Source: Clostridia bacterium
GTDB taxonomy: Bacteria > Bacillota > Clostridia > UMGS1883 > UMGS1540
Direction of reading: 5' to 3'
Assembly: GCA_045533905.1 (NCBI GenBank)
Contig: JAZSIR010000020.1
Coordinates: 1-64,000 of the forward strand
Length of the DNA: 64,000 nucleotides
The position numbers and the translations under genes were made by a program. Position 1 is the stretch's first letter; every line of letters starts with the position of its first letter. The notes under the pieces were generated by a model. That model saw only the letters and a list, made by a program, of their open reading frames with translations, did not search any database and had not been told where the DNA came from. Shown in pieces: positions 9,780 through 20,659 of this stretch.

Positions 9780-10405
9780 ATTGCACCCCCGTACCATTTT
9801 TTGAGGAAGGAACGTCTGTGAATGGGGCACGGTCCGTTTTCAAAGACAGCATCCTTGTGCGCCTTAGTTCCATATCCTTTATGAACCGCAAATCCGTATC
9901 CCGGGTACATCGCATCCATCTCCAGCATATATCTGTCACGCGAAACTTTTGCGACAATGGAAGCGGCTGCAATCGAGAGCGAAAGGCTATCCCCTTTCAC
10001 TATAGAGGCATTCGGAAACGGCATCCCTTTTATGGGATTCCCGTCCACAAGCACATAATCCGGCACAACAGAAAGTCCTTCCGCCGCGCGGCGCATTGCA
10101 AGATACGTTGCCTGCAAAATGTTGATTTCGTCAATTTCCTCCGCGCTTGCGCGCCCCACCGCATACGCTATCGCATTTTTTGTGATCTCGTCATAAAGCA
10201 GTTCTCTCTTTTTCTCTGAGAGCTTTTTCGAATCATTTAGTCCTGTTGGCAGAAAATCCGAAGGCAAAATGACAGCCGCAGCAAACACGTCCCCCGCAAG
10301 TGGTCCTCTCCCCGCTTCATCCACACCCGCAATCTGCATATAGCCGTGTTTTTGGAGTGCATCTTCATATTTTCGCATTTCCAGAAGTCTTTCGCGTTCT
10401 TCCAT
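9776..10405 (-). CDS. rnhB: Ribonuclease HII
   Basis: [35 protein letters not shown]; the track's N-terminal extension overlaps the tRNA and is spurious. Confidence 0.96.
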   Translation of the reverse strand: MEERERLLEMRKYEDALQKHGYMQIAGVDEAGRGPLAGDVFAAAVILPSDFLPTGLNDSKKLSEKKRELLYDEITKNAIAYAVGRASAEEIDEINILQATYLAMRRAAEGLSVVPDYVLVDGNPIKGMPFPNASIVKGDSLSLSIAAASIVAKVSRDRYMLEMDAMYPGYGFAVHKGYGTKAHKDAVFENGPCPIHRRSFLKKWYGGAM

Positions 10406-10479
10406 TTCATTCATCCTTCCGTAATTTTTCAAAAAAAGAGTTGATTCTTGCAGTTTGATATGGTATACTAATTGCATAT

Positions 10480-10563
10480 GCGGCTGTGGCGGAATTGGCA
10501 GACGCGCCAGACTTAGGATCTGGTGTCTACGACGTGGGGGTTCAAGTCCCTTCAGCCGCACCA
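10480..10563 (+). tRNA. tRNA-Leu (anticodon TAG)
   Basis: GCGGCTG acceptor stem, GGCGGAATTGGCAGAC D-arm, CCAGA-CTTAGGA-TCTGG anticodon arm, long variable arm, GTTCAAGTC, encoded CCA; TTGATT-17-TATACT promoter upstream and a hairpin downstream. Confidence 0.97.
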
Positions 10564-10599
10564 AAAAACGGAGCAGGGTTTCCTGCTTCGTTTTTTTAT

Positions 10600-11352
10600 T
10601 TACCCGAGCAGTACATCCGAAATCAGCATAACACAAAAGCCAACTAAAAGTGCATACGTTGCCCCTCTTTGGCTTCCGTGTGCATGTGTTTCGGGAATCA
10701 TCTCGTCACTGATTACATACAGCATCGTACCACCTGCAAATGCAAGTGCAAACGGAAGTATGGCAGAAGCGAGACTTACGGCAAAGTACCCAAGGAGCGT
10801 TCCTGCCACTTCCACAAGACCTGTGAGCATGGCGCATATAAACGTCTTTTTAGGCGACACCCCACTCGCAAGCATCGGCCCGATAATAACCATACCCTCC
10901 GGGATATTCTGCAGGGCGATGCCGCCGGCTATCATGAGCGCTTGCGCCGTGTTTCCAGAGCCAAAGCCAACACCGGCCGCAATCCCTTCGGGAAGATTAT
11001 GTATCGCAATAGCCGTAACAAAAAGCAAAACCTTATCGAGCTGTTTGTTTTTGTGTTCTTCTGTCTCTGTGCCCACCAGTTTGTGCAGGTGCGGCACAAC
11101 TTTGTCCATAAAACTCAAGCAGAATGCACCTGCAAAGATTCCCAGAATCGTTATAACAAGCCCGTATTCTCCGCCATACGAAAGTGAAGGCACAATGAGC
11201 CCCAAAACTGCCGCCGCAAGCATAACACCCGCCGCGAAAGACAAAACGATATCCGAAAATGTATGCGATATTTTTTTGAACGCAAACCCAATCAGCGCAC
11301 CGATCACCGTTGCACCGCCAACACCCAAAGCCGAAAGCCAAACCATTTCCAT
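10600..11352 (-). CDS. ZIP family divalent metal transporter (ZupT/GufA-like)
   Basis: [27 protein letters not shown]; multiple TM helices. Confidence 0.92.
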   Translation of the reverse strand: MEMVWLSALGVGGATVIGALIGFAFKKISHTFSDIVLSFAAGVMLAAAVLGLIVPSLSYGGEYGLVITILGIFAGAFCLSFMDKVVPHLHKLVGTETEEHKNKQLDKVLLFVTAIAIHNLPEGIAAGVGFGSGNTAQALMIAGGIALQNIPEGMVIIGPMLASGVSPKKTFICAMLTGLVEVAGTLLGYFAVSLASAILPFALAFAGGTMLYVISDEMIPETHAHGSQRGATYALLVGFCVMLISDVLLG

Positions 11353-11411
11353 TGTATCACCCCATAGTATATAAATTTCCCGCATTACAAAATGCGGGAA
11401 ATTTTTGTACA

Positions 11412-11570
11412 TTATTCTTCAGAAAACATATCTTTTCCTACGCCGCACAGTGGGCAGGCAAAATCATCCGGCAAATCTTCAAACTTCGTTCCCGGTGCAA
11501 CGCCCATGTCCGGAGCGCCTTCTGCTTCATCATACACCCATCCGCAGGCGTCACATACATACTTTTTCAT
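11412..11570 (-). CDS. Rubredoxin (52 aa, not in the ORF track)
   Basis: [52 protein letters not shown]; GGAGG RBS. Confidence 0.95.
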   Translation of the reverse strand: MKKYVCDACGWVYDEAEGAPDMGVAPGTKFEDLPDDFACPLCGVGKDMFSEE

Positions 11571-11584
11571 TTCAATTCCTCCAT

Positions 11585-13384
11585 TTATACTAATTTTTCA
11601 AAATCTGCCGCGCCATGCTTGCAGAGCGGACAAACAAAATCTTCCGGCAGTTTATCCCCTTCATACACATAGCCACAAATTTTACATACACATCCTTTTT
11701 TGCCTTCCGTATCCGGCTTCGGCTTTACATTATTCTGATAGTAGGTATACGTCATTGTTTCCGTCCGGGCAATGACTCTCGCTTCTGTAACGGCACAAAT
11801 GAACATTCCGTGTGTATCCAGATCCACGTACTCTTCCACACGCAAGGACATAAATGAATTAATGTAGCGCGGAAGGAATACGAGCCCGTTGTCAGAACGT
11901 TGTGGCGTGCAGTCTGCAAATTTATCTACATTTCTGCCGCTCTGGAAGCCGAACTTTTCAAAAACAGAGAACGGCGCATCCTTAGAAAGGCAATTGATGT
12001 TAAGCTTTCCGGATTGGCGAATTACATGGTGCGAGTAATTCTCTTTGTTAATCGTTACGGCAATTCTGTTTGGCGTACTGGTGACCTGGGTTACCGTATT
12101 TACGATAAGACCGTTGTCCTTCTTGCCGTCATTCGAAGTGACAACATAAAGGCCGTATCCGATATTAAAGAGTGCACTTAAATCATTTTTATTTGCAGTG
12201 GAATCCTGTTTGGCCAGATATTCTCCGCAAAGCTCCTCAGAAAGTGCATCCAGTTGTTCTTTACTTTCTTTGCCGAGCGCAGACTTAATGGTCACAACCG
12301 TTTCTGCAAAAGTAATATTCTTACTTTTTGCAAACATTTCGCGCATCACTTTAGCCGCCAGCGGTGCCCAACTTCCGTTTTCAATCAGAGCTACCGTACG
12401 ATTGGAAAATCCGCGTTCCGTAAGATGCATGATGAACTCGCGCATAAACGGGAAAATTTCGGCATTGTATGTGGTGGTGGCTAAAATCAGCTTACTGTAA
12501 CGAAAGGCATCTTCCACAGCTTCTGCCATATCGCAGCGTGCAAGGTCGTTGACCACAACCTTGGGGCAGCCGTTTGCTTTCAGCTTTTCCGCAAGCTGAA
12601 AAACTGCTTTTTTTGTGTTGCCGTATACAGAGGTATAGGCGATTACGATGCCTTCTTCCTCCGGCTGATAGCTCGACCAAGTGTTGTACAGATTTAGGTA
12701 ATAGCCGAGATTTTCGGTTAAAACAGGGCCGTGCAAAGGACAGATGATTTCAATATCGAGACCTGCCGCTTTCTTCAGAAGCACCTGCACCTGTGCGCCA
12801 TATTTCCCTACAATACCGATATAATATCTTCGGGCTTCACAGGCCCAATCTTCTTCTACATCCAGTGCACCGAATTTGCCGAATCCGTCCGCAGAAAAAA
12901 GGACCTTATCCGTGCTGTCATACGTCACAAGTACTTCCGGCCAGTGTACCATAGGTGCCGTCACAAATGCGAGCGTATGTTTGCCGAGCGAAAGCGTGTC
13001 TCCCTCGCCTACAACAATCCGTCTGTCACTGAAATCTGTATCAAAGAAATTCTGCATCATCTGGAACGCCTTCGAGGATGCAACGATTTTAGCTTCCGGA
13101 TATGTTTTGGCAAAATTCAGAACATTGGCAGAATGATCCGGTTCCATATGTTGTACAATCAGAAAATCCGGTTTGCGACTTCCCAGAGCATTTTGCACGT
13201 TGTCAAGCCATTCGTGTGTAAATGCCGCGTCCACGGTGTCCATAATCGCAATTTTTTCATCCAGAATTGCATACGAGTTATAGGACATACCGTTCGGTAC
13301 CACGTATTGTCCCTCAAACAGATCCACCTGATGGTCATTTACGCCAATATACTTAATGTCGTTTGTAATATACATCTTGTCCAC
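11585..13384 (-). CDS. Flavodiiron protein fused to flavin reductase and C-terminal rubredoxin domains
   Basis: HMEPDH, VHWPE, SADGFG, PLHG (diiron); YTSVYGNT (flavodoxin); YGLYVVT...THGMFI (flavin reductase); CKICGY...CPLC. Confidence 0.92.
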   Translation of the reverse strand: MDKMYITNDIKYIGVNDHQVDLFEGQYVVPNGMSYNSYAILDEKIAIMDTVDAAFTHEWLDNVQNALGSRKPDFLIVQHMEPDHSANVLNFAKTYPEAKIVASSKAFQMMQNFFDTDFSDRRIVVGEGDTLSLGKHTLAFVTAPMVHWPEVLVTYDSTDKVLFSADGFGKFGALDVEEDWACEARRYYIGIVGKYGAQVQVLLKKAAGLDIEIICPLHGPVLTENLGYYLNLYNTWSSYQPEEEGIVIAYTSVYGNTKKAVFQLAEKLKANGCPKVVVNDLARCDMAEAVEDAFRYSKLILATTTYNAEIFPFMREFIMHLTERGFSNRTVALIENGSWAPLAAKVMREMFAKSKNITFAETVVTIKSALGKESKEQLDALSEELCGEYLAKQDSTANKNDLSALFNIGYGLYVVTSNDGKKDNGLIVNTVTQVTSTPNRIAVTINKENYSHHVIRQSGKLNINCLSKDAPFSVFEKFGFQSGRNVDKFADCTPQRSDNGLVFLPRYINSFMSLRVEEYVDLDTHGMFICAVTEARVIARTETMTYTYYQNNVKPKPDTEGKKGCVCKICGYVYEGDKLPEDFVCPLCKHGAADFEKLV

Positions 13385-13549
13385 CTCACCGTATATTTTT
13401 AATTAGTATACCATTTTTATGTAAAAATTTCAACACTCTTTTAAAAAATATATAAAACAACTGGACAAAGCAAAAAAAAGCAGGTATAATATCTTCATAA
13501 GAAATTTTATTTCTAAATTTTTACTATTTCGAGTAGGAGAGTGTGAAAA

Positions 13550-14335
13550 ATGAAACTGATCATCAAAAACAACTATAACGAGATGTGTGCTTGGGCTGCA
13601 AATCACATTGCCGATGCCATCAACAACCACAAAGAAGACCGTCCTTTTATCTTAGGCCTTCCCACGGGTTCTTCCCCGCTTGGCGTATACAAGAAGCTCA
13701 TCGAAATGAACCGCGCAGGCGCTGTCAGCTTCAAAAATGTAGTCACCTTCAATATGGATGAATATGTAGGTCTTCCCAAAGAGCATGACCAGAGCTACTG
13801 GTACTTTATGCACGATAATTTCTTTAATCACATTGATATTCCGAAGGAAAACATCAATATCTTAAACGGTATGGCAGAAGATCTTGAAGCAGAATGTCAG
13901 CGGTATGAAGACAAAATTGCTTCTTATGGCGGCATCGACCTTTTCCTCGGCGGCAGCGGTGTAGACGGCCACATTGCTTTCAATGAACCCTTCACCTCGC
14001 TCACATCCCGCACCGGCGTACGCGCCCTTACAGAAGATACTCTGATTGTAAATTCCCGTTTCTTTGACAACGACCCCGAAAAGGTGCCGAAGACAGCTCT
14101 TTCCGTTGGTGTCGGCACGGTATGCGATTCCAAGCAGGTTCTCCTTCTTATCAGCGGCCACAACAAAGCCCGTGCACTGCGCCACTGTGTTGAAGGCGGC
14201 GTTGACCACGCCTGGACCATCAGCGCGCTCCAGCTCCACAAGGACGGCATCATCGCCTGCGACGAAGCTGCTTGCGGCGAACTCAAGGTAGATACCTACA
14301 AATACTTCAAGGAAATCTACAAAAACGAAAAATAA
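13550..14335 (+). CDS. nagB: Glucosamine-6-phosphate deaminase
   Basis: [24 protein letters not shown]. Confidence 0.96.
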   Translation: MKLIIKNNYNEMCAWAANHIADAINNHKEDRPFILGLPTGSSPLGVYKKLIEMNRAGAVSFKNVVTFNMDEYVGLPKEHDQSYWYFMHDNFFNHIDIPKENINILNGMAEDLEAECQRYEDKIASYGGIDLFLGGSGVDGHIAFNEPFTSLTSRTGVRALTEDTLIVNSRFFDNDPEKVPKTALSVGVGTVCDSKQVLLLISGHNKARALRHCVEGGVDHAWTISALQLHKDGIIACDEAACGELKVDTYKYFKEIYKNEK

Positions 14336-14346
14336 CGGATGATTTG

Positions 14347-14377
14347 AAAGGTTGCTGCATTTTGCGACAACCTTTTT
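14347..14377 (+). terminator. Terminator after nagB
   Basis: aaaggttg...caaccttttt hairpin. Confidence 0.6.
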
Positions 14378-14461
14378 CGTTTTGATAACATTTTTCAGTA
14401 CAGTGTTGAATTTTCTGCACAGAAATGCTATACTGTTTGTATACCGATTGAAAGGAAGATT

Positions 14462-15142
14462 ATGATGAAAAGAGTATTGTTTTTTGTAATTGCCATTTCT
14501 GTACTGCTTGCAGGGTGCAATGCCTCCGAAAAGGCTCCTGAAAATACGCCCGCTCCGGCCGAAGCGACGGCTACGCCTGAAACCGAGGCCCCCGCAGAGG
14601 ATGTTTCAGTTACGCCGTCCGTTTCCCAAACCTATATTGACATTTTGAAAAGCGGAACATACTATATGAAAGCTACGGTCTCCGGCGAAAACGGAAAGGG
14701 CGAGTTTTTCCTTTCCGTGCACCCCGATAGTATTGGTATGAAAACCGTCGCCGAAGATGCCTCCTACAGCGTAGTCATCAAAGACGGCATTACTTCCATG
14801 ATCGACCATCAGTCCAAAATGGTCATTACGAGTGCCTCGAAAGTAGCATCCTCCGCAAGCAAAATGGTGGGTGATACAATCCCTGTGGAAGGTCTTGTTT
14901 TCGTTCAAAGTGCAAGCGGTGTGTTTGAAGGCAAAACACTCCCCTTTGACGAGTACAAGTCTGCTTCGGGCGATACCGTGCGCTTTTATATAAACGGCAC
15001 CTCTCTTGCCGGTATAGAAACACTGCAGGGAGATATTTCCATTCTCTATAAAGTGTCCGAGCTTTCGAAAGAAAATAAACCCGAAATGCATATCGTTCCC
15101 TCGGAATATGCGCTCATAGATATGGCGGCCCTCGGTGGCTGA
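14462..15142 (+). CDS. Hypothetical lipoprotein
   Basis: Signal peptide with LLAGC lipobox, Pro/Ala/Thr-rich linker, beta-rich domain. Confidence 0.8.
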   Translation: MMKRVLFFVIAISVLLAGCNASEKAPENTPAPAEATATPETEAPAEDVSVTPSVSQTYIDILKSGTYYMKATVSGENGKGEFFLSVHPDSIGMKTVAEDASYSVVIKDGITSMIDHQSKMVITSASKVASSASKMVGDTIPVEGLVFVQSASGVFEGKTLPFDEYKSASGDTVRFYINGTSLAGIETLQGDISILYKVSELSKENKPEMHIVPSEYALIDMAALGG

Positions 15143-15159
15143 TAAAGGAGGAACAAACC

Positions 15160-15927
15160 TTGGAACTTTCTGCACAGCAGCGTAGAGAACAAATTTTGGA
15201 GCTTTTACACGAGAACGGCAAGGTACGCGTTGCAGACCTTGCACGCCTCTTTGCTATTTCTGAGGTGTCAATTCGCATCGATCTTGCCGACCTTGAATCT
15301 CGCGGGCTTCTGTCACGCGTGCACGGCGGCGCCGTAAGCTCCTACAAAACATATTACAGCATGAATTTCAATCAGCGTTCCGGTACAAACGAAGCGGAAA
15401 AAAGGGCCATTGCCGAATATGTTGCCGAAACCATCAAAGATAATGATACTGTTATGATGAATTCGGGCACTACCACCCTCTTCGTTCTTCGTGCGCTCAA
15501 TGCGCGGCAAAACATCAATATCATAACAAACTCCATTGCCATTGCGCTGGAGGCCTCCGGTAACACAAGCTTCAATGTTGTGCTCCTTGGCGGACTTGTC
15601 AATACGAAGTATCAGTTTACGTATGGTGACGATACTTTGCATCAGCTTCGGTCTTACCATGCAGATAAGCTGATTTTATCCGTAGACGGAATTCATGCAG
15701 AAAACGGATTTACAACTTATTACAATCAAGAAGCCGAAATCTGCCGCCAGATGCTTGCACTTTCCGAAAGCACAACCATTGCGGCAGATTACACCAAAAT
15801 TGGCCGCACCGCCCTCACCCGAATTGCCCCTATGCATGTGGCAGATGTGCTCGTTACAAACCAAAAAGCAACCGAGGACGAGCTGGAACCCATTCGGCGT
15901 GCGGGACTTCATATTGTGACTGTGTAA
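15160..15927 (+). CDS. DeoR/GlpR family transcriptional regulator
   Basis: RREQILELL..SEVSIRIDL..RVHGGA; NSGTTT; ITNS; ADYTK. Confidence 0.93.
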   Translation: MELSAQQRREQILELLHENGKVRVADLARLFAISEVSIRIDLADLESRGLLSRVHGGAVSSYKTYYSMNFNQRSGTNEAEKRAIAEYVAETIKDNDTVMMNSGTTTLFVLRALNARQNINIITNSIAIALEASGNTSFNVVLLGGLVNTKYQFTYGDDTLHQLRSYHADKLILSVDGIHAENGFTTYYNQEAEICRQMLALSESTTIAADYTKIGRTALTRIAPMHVADVLVTNQKATEDELEPIRRAGLHIVTV

Positions 15928-15946
15928 CGCAAGAAAGGAGTACACT

Positions 15947-16990
15947 ATGAAAAAGAAATGTAAAGTTCTTTCCCTTTTACTCGCACTTTGCCTTGTTTTC
16001 TCATCCCTAGCGGTTCTTGCAGAGGAAAATACACTTCACGTAGTGCACGACCTTGGTAACTTCCGAATCGTATCCGCAAACGCCAGACAAGTTCCGTCTC
16101 CCGGCGCAGGCGGTCCTGTTTGGATGTATGAAAATATGGGCGTTACGGACAAAGAAGGCAATATCATTGTGCCCGCCATCTATCGCGAAATCCGTGTGCC
16201 CGTGGAAGGCCGGTCGCTTTTCTACATAGACGGGCACGCCGGATTTTTCGATGAGAACTGGAACATTGTCATTCCTCCCATTTACAGAGGTGCCGCAGAT
16301 TTTTCAGAAGGTCTCGCTGTGGTTTCTGACGAGAACTGGATACGCGGCTTTATCAACAAAAACGGCGAGCTCATTGTACCGCATCTCTATTCCAACGCTT
16401 CCAATTTCCAAAACGGAACCGCGCATGTTGCTTTTTCAGAAACCGGTTATTACGGGCAAACGTTTCTTCGCACAGGTCTTATTGACACAGCGGGCAATAT
16501 TCTTTCTCCGCTTATCTACCGCCACGAGCCGGAATATGATATTTTAAAAAGCCAGAACATGATTCAAATCGGCGAAAACACGTACGATAACCGCGAGCTT
16601 TTATATCCGTTCATCAACTATTTAGGTCTTGCTTATTTTCCGCTCACGTATGACACTTGCCGTGCACTCGGCATTATCACTGCATGGACCCCAGAGACAG
16701 GGCTTGTACTCACAACAGGCGAAGAACCGCACTCCTCTTTGCAAGGTCCATCCTCTATGCCGAATAATGAGTATGACAAAGCCATGCTTTATAGTGGCAC
16801 CCTTACCATAAACGGAACTGCCTATAAAAACACAGAGGTATATTATCCCCTTCTCTTCTATAAGGACATCATCTATTTCCCCGTTTTATGGCGTCAGGGC
16901 ATGGAAGCACTCGGGATAGAATACCAGTACATTCTTCCTCCCGGTATGGAAGGGAAAATGATGGGTACAATGCGGTTTACAAGAAAATAA
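15947..16990 (+). CDS. Secreted WG-repeat protein
   Basis: Signal peptide; G-x-I-D/N-xxG..VIP..Y..A..FSEGLA repeats; duplicated C-terminal YPxxxY..xYFP module. Confidence 0.8.
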   Translation: MKKKCKVLSLLLALCLVFSSLAVLAEENTLHVVHDLGNFRIVSANARQVPSPGAGGPVWMYENMGVTDKEGNIIVPAIYREIRVPVEGRSLFYIDGHAGFFDENWNIVIPPIYRGAADFSEGLAVVSDENWIRGFINKNGELIVPHLYSNASNFQNGTAHVAFSETGYYGQTFLRTGLIDTAGNILSPLIYRHEPEYDILKSQNMIQIGENTYDNRELLYPFINYLGLAYFPLTYDTCRALGIITAWTPETGLVLTTGEEPHSSLQGPSSMPNNEYDKAMLYSGTLTINGTAYKNTEVYYPLLFYKDIIYFPVLWRQGMEALGIEYQYILPPGMEGKMMGTMRFTRK

Positions 16991-16997
16991 AGAGAAA

Positions 16998-17028
16998 AAA
17001 GGAAGGCTTCAAAAACCTTCCTTTTTTG
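16998..17028 (+). terminator. Terminator after the WG-repeat gene
   Basis: aaaggaagg...ccttccttttttt hairpin. Confidence 0.65.
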
Positions 17029-17090
17029 ATTGCAAAATTCTGTAATCTGTGGTATACTGATATATAAAAGTAATCGAGGCGGTGCTTTTT

Positions 17091-17378
17091 ATGGCTTTGT
17101 ACATTACCATTACGGGACAAAAGCATTATTTCGGGCTTCTTCCCTTTTCCGTGGGCAGTATATTTACACTTTCATATGACGCAGAAAATATGTATGATGA
17201 AAACGCTATTTCTGTTTTGTCGCCCCGATATGGCAAAGTCGGATCGGTAGCACAAAGCAAGCTGACGCTCGCCGAAGGCACTGTACCTGCAGAAGTAATT
17301 TTACCGCTTCTTACGTCCGAGACCCGTGCAAAGGTTGCCTTTATTGCCGGCGAGTATATTATCGCCGAGATTTGTTAG
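17091..17378 (+). CDS. Stand-alone HIRAN domain protein
   Basis: YITITG..HY.G...L..DAENMYDENAI.V....GKVG.VA; preceded by a TTGCAA-17-TATACT promoter. Confidence 0.75.
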   Translation: MALYITITGQKHYFGLLPFSVGSIFTLSYDAENMYDENAISVLSPRYGKVGSVAQSKLTLAEGTVPAEVILPLLTSETRAKVAFIAGEYIIAEIC

Positions 17379-17388
17379 GAGATACGCT

Positions 17389-19209
17389 ATGCCGTTTTTA
17401 CCCATTTCCCCTGCCGAAATTAGGGCTCGCGGCTGGGAGGAATATGATTTTCTACTCGTAAGCGCAGATGCTTATATAGACCACCCTTCCTTTGGCGCGG
17501 CCATTATTTCCCGCGTACTCGAAAAAGAAGGGTTTCGCGTGGCAATTCTCGCGCGCCCGCGGTTTGACACCGAAGCCGATTTTGCGGCTTTTCCTGCCCC
17601 AAGACTTGGCGTTTTGCTCTCCTGCGGAAATCTTGACTCCATGGTAAGTAATTACACCGCGGCAAAGAAAAAACGCTCCGCCGACGCCTATGCGCCGGGC
17701 GGCGTTTTTGGCGGCAGACCTGACCGCTGTGCGATTGTGTATTCAAACCTTGCGCGCCGCGCCTTTGGCAAAGATGTGCCGATTATCCTTGGCGGTATTG
17801 AGCCGAGTCTGCGCCGCTTTGCGCATTATGATTATTGGGACAACAAAGTGCGCCGCAGTATTTTATTTGATAGCCGCGCACCGCTTTTAATTTATGGTAT
17901 GGGCGAGCGGCCAATCCGCGAGGTGGCACACGCGCTCGCAGGCGGTATTCCCGTTTCTGAAATCACATGGGTTCCGGGTACGGCATATGTCACTGCCACG
18001 CCTCCCGAAGATGCTGTGCTTCTTCCCTCTTTTAACGAGATTACGGAAAACAAAGCGGCGTATGCAAATGCCGCAAAACTGCAATATATAAACCAAGACC
18101 CCATAAACGGAAAAACGCTCGTACAAAAGCACGATAATCGCTTTTTGGTACAAAACCCGCCCTCTATGCCTCTTTCTGAAAAAGAACTTGACGAGGTGTA
18201 CGAGTTTCCCTATATGCGCGCGGCGCATCCTTCCTATGAAGAAGAAATCCCGGCGCTTTCTGAAATTCTTTTCAGCATCACCGCCAATCGCGGCTGCTTT
18301 GGAAGCTGTAACTTCTGTTCACTCGCCTTTCACCAAGGGCGCATCGTGCAAAGCAGAAGCATAGACTCCGTAGTTCGTGAGGCCGAGTGCATGACACATG
18401 ATCCAAGCTTCAAAGGCTATATTCACGACGTTGGCGGGCCGACCGCGAATTTCATGCAGCCGGCTTGTGACAAACAGCTTGCGCACGGTCTTTGTAAAGA
18501 CAGGCAATGTCTTTTCCCCACCCCTTGCAAAAACCTTCGTGTATCGCACGAAAAATACCTCAAAATGCTGTCTGCGCTTCGCAAATTACCAAAGGTAAAA
18601 AAAGTGTTTATCCGTTCAGGTATTCGGTATGATTATCTGGAAAGAGAAAAGAATGACGCGTTTTTCTCTGCGCTTTGTGCACATCACATTAGCGGCCAGC
18701 TTCGCATAGCGCCCGAGCATATTGCCGAAAACACCTTGCGCTGTATGGGCAAACCAAGTGCACGCGTGTATGAGAGTTTTGCCGAAAAATTCAGAAAGCA
18801 CAATGACAGACAATTCCTTGTGCCGTACTTTATGTCGAGCCATCCCGGCTGCACGATTGACGATGCGGTAGAGCTTTCCGTCTACATGCAAAAACATCAT
18901 ATTCATCCGGAGCAGGTGCAGGACTTTTATCCCACGCCCGGCACGCTCTCGACCGCAATGTTCTACACCGGCATCCACCCTCTCACAGGCGAGACGGTGT
19001 ACGTGCCGCGTACGGAAAACGAAAAAAGACTACAACGTGCACTTCTGCAGATATACAAACCCGAAAACAGGAAAATTGCCCGAGAAGGACTTCTGAAACT
19101 GGGCAGAAGTGATTTAGTTGCAAAATTATTAGGAAATGAGGGTACAAAACATGAAACTTTTAAACGGAAAAGAAGTATCACAACGCGTAAAAAACGAGCT
19201 TCGCGATGA
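17389..19209 (+). CDS. YgiQ (UPF0313) family radical SAM protein
   Basis: DAYIDHPSFG, GNLDSMV, RGCFGSCNFC, DVGGPTAN, SGIRYD, APEH, QVQDFYPTP. Confidence 0.93.
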   Translation: MPFLPISPAEIRARGWEEYDFLLVSADAYIDHPSFGAAIISRVLEKEGFRVAILARPRFDTEADFAAFPAPRLGVLLSCGNLDSMVSNYTAAKKKRSADAYAPGGVFGGRPDRCAIVYSNLARRAFGKDVPIILGGIEPSLRRFAHYDYWDNKVRRSILFDSRAPLLIYGMGERPIREVAHALAGGIPVSEITWVPGTAYVTATPPEDAVLLPSFNEITENKAAYANAAKLQYINQDPINGKTLVQKHDNRFLVQNPPSMPLSEKELDEVYEFPYMRAAHPSYEEEIPALSEILFSITANRGCFGSCNFCSLAFHQGRIVQSRSIDSVVREAECMTHDPSFKGYIHDVGGPTANFMQPACDKQLAHGLCKDRQCLFPTPCKNLRVSHEKYLKMLSALRKLPKVKKVFIRSGIRYDYLEREKNDAFFSALCAHHISGQLRIAPEHIAENTLRCMGKPSARVYESFAEKFRKHNDRQFLVPYFMSSHPGCTIDDAVELSVYMQKHHIHPEQVQDFYPTPGTLSTAMFYTGIHPLTGETVYVPRTENEKRLQRALLQIYKPENRKIAREGLLKLGRSDLVAKLLGNEGTKHETFKRKRSITTRKKRASR

Positions 19210-19990
19210 GGTGGCGGCCTTAAAAGATAAGGGAATCTTCCCCGGTCTTGCCGTAATTATTGTGGGGGATGACCCCGCCTCCCGCGTGTATGTAAACTCC
19301 AAGAAAAAGGCTTGCGGAGAGATTGGTGTGTATTCCGAAGAACATGCCCTCCCCAAAGAAACCACGGAAGAAGAACTGATTGCCTTAATCGAAAAGCTAA
19401 ATACGCGTCCCGAAATCAGCGGCATTCTCTGCCAGCTTCCTCTTCCGAAGCACATCTCGGAGGAAAGAGTTCTCCTTGCCATTGACCCGAAGAAGGATGT
19501 AGACGCCTTCCACCCCGTAAACGTAGGCAAAATTATGATTGGCAACTACGATTTTCTTCCCTGCACTCCTGCCGGTGTTATGGAGCTGATTCGCGAAAGC
19601 GGCATTGACCCGGCCGGAAAAGAATGCGTGGTTATCGGCAGAAGCAATATCGTAGGAAAGCCTCAGGCCATGCTTCTTCTCCACGCAAACGGCACTGTTA
19701 CCATTTGTCACTCGCGCACCCAAAACCTTGCGGACGTTTGCCGCCGCGCTGATATTTTGGTTGCCGCCGTGGGCCGCGCCAAATTTGTGACGGCCGATAT
19801 GGTGAAGGAAGGCGCTGTAGTCATCGACGTAGGTATGAACCGAAACGAAGAAGGCAAGCTTTGCGGCGACGTGGATTTTGATGCCGTAAAGGAAAAGGCT
19901 GCTGCCATCACGCCTGTTCCCGGTGGCGTTGGCCCGATGACGATTGCGATGCTTATGAAAAACACCGTGAAGGCCGCGCAAATTCAGTAA
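19151..19990 (+). CDS. folD: Methylenetetrahydrofolate dehydrogenase/cyclohydrolase
   Basis: YVNSK, QLPLP, KDVD, PCTPAG, GRSNIVGKP, TPVPGGVGPMT. Confidence 0.97.
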   Translation: MKLLNGKEVSQRVKNELRDEVAALKDKGIFPGLAVIIVGDDPASRVYVNSKKKACGEIGVYSEEHALPKETTEEELIALIEKLNTRPEISGILCQLPLPKHISEERVLLAIDPKKDVDAFHPVNVGKIMIGNYDFLPCTPAGVMELIRESGIDPAGKECVVIGRSNIVGKPQAMLLLHANGTVTICHSRTQNLADVCRRADILVAAVGRAKFVTADMVKEGAVVIDVGMNRNEEGKLCGDVDFDAVKEKAAAITPVPGGVGPMTIAMLMKNTVKAAQIQ

Positions 19991-20004
19991 TAAAGATGCT
20001 ACAT

Positions 20005-20040
20005 AAAAAGAGCTGAAAGCCATAGCTTTCAGCTCTTTTT
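20005..20040. terminator. Bidirectional terminator between folD and the dnaK operon
   Basis: aaaaagagctgaaagc-cata-gctttcagctcttttt. Confidence 0.85.
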
Positions 20041-20041
20041 G

Positions 20042-20659
20042 TTATTTCTCAAATGTGAATTTCCCGAAGAATGCCGGAATATGGAACTGCGGCGTCGCGT
20101 TTTCCACCGGGCTCCACATGCCGTAATGCTCGTACTTTGTAAAGTCTCCGCATTTCAAGAGGTTTCCGCGAAGGCCTTCTTCCACGATGTTTACACCGGG
20201 ATAGTATCTCTTGAGAAATGCAAACGGAACTCTGTACGAAAGTGTCCACATATCGTCCTTGTAATTTTCCGCATCTTTTACAGAGGTTTCAAACTGCATT
20301 TCCTCATCTTTGGCAAGGATCGCCTCTCGCCCTTCCGATTCCGTCCCGAGGCCAATCAGCATATACCCGAGCGCATTTGTCTCGAGATTTAAGTATCGGG
20401 GGTCACAGTTGGGTCTTAAAAAGAATTCTACGCAGCTGTCTTCATACACGTTTTCACCGTGTGCATGATGCACGCAGCGAATTTCTTTCTCATATGCCCA
20501 AAACTTCACGTATATAGCTTCCGCATCATAGCAAAGCGCGGCTTCTACACGGGGCGCGTACCCGTTATCCATCCACGAAAAAGTGTCGATCTTCGCTTTT
20601 TCAAATCCATCCCAATTTTCGGGTCTTTTGTCTACTTTAGGAATTAAATATTCTTTCAT
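20042..20659 (-). CDS. CBM9-like/DOMON domain protein
   Basis: [25 protein letters not shown]...HY..WSP....FH.P.FFG. Confidence 0.8.
   Translation of the reverse strand: MKEYLIPKVDKRPENWDGFEKAKIDTFSWMDNGYAPRVEAALCYDAEAIYVKFWAYEKEIRCVHHAHGENVYEDSCVEFFLRPNCDPRYLNLETNALGYMLIGLGTESEGREAILAKDEEMQFETSVKDAENYKDDMWTLSYRVPFAFLKRYYPGVNIVEEGLRGNLLKCGDFTKYEHYGMWSPVENATPQFHIPAFFGKFTFEK

Noticed and set aside
10480-10600. tRNA-Leu as an integration site for a genomic island
   Set aside because: No integrase nearby, and I saw no duplicated tRNA 3' end in the window.
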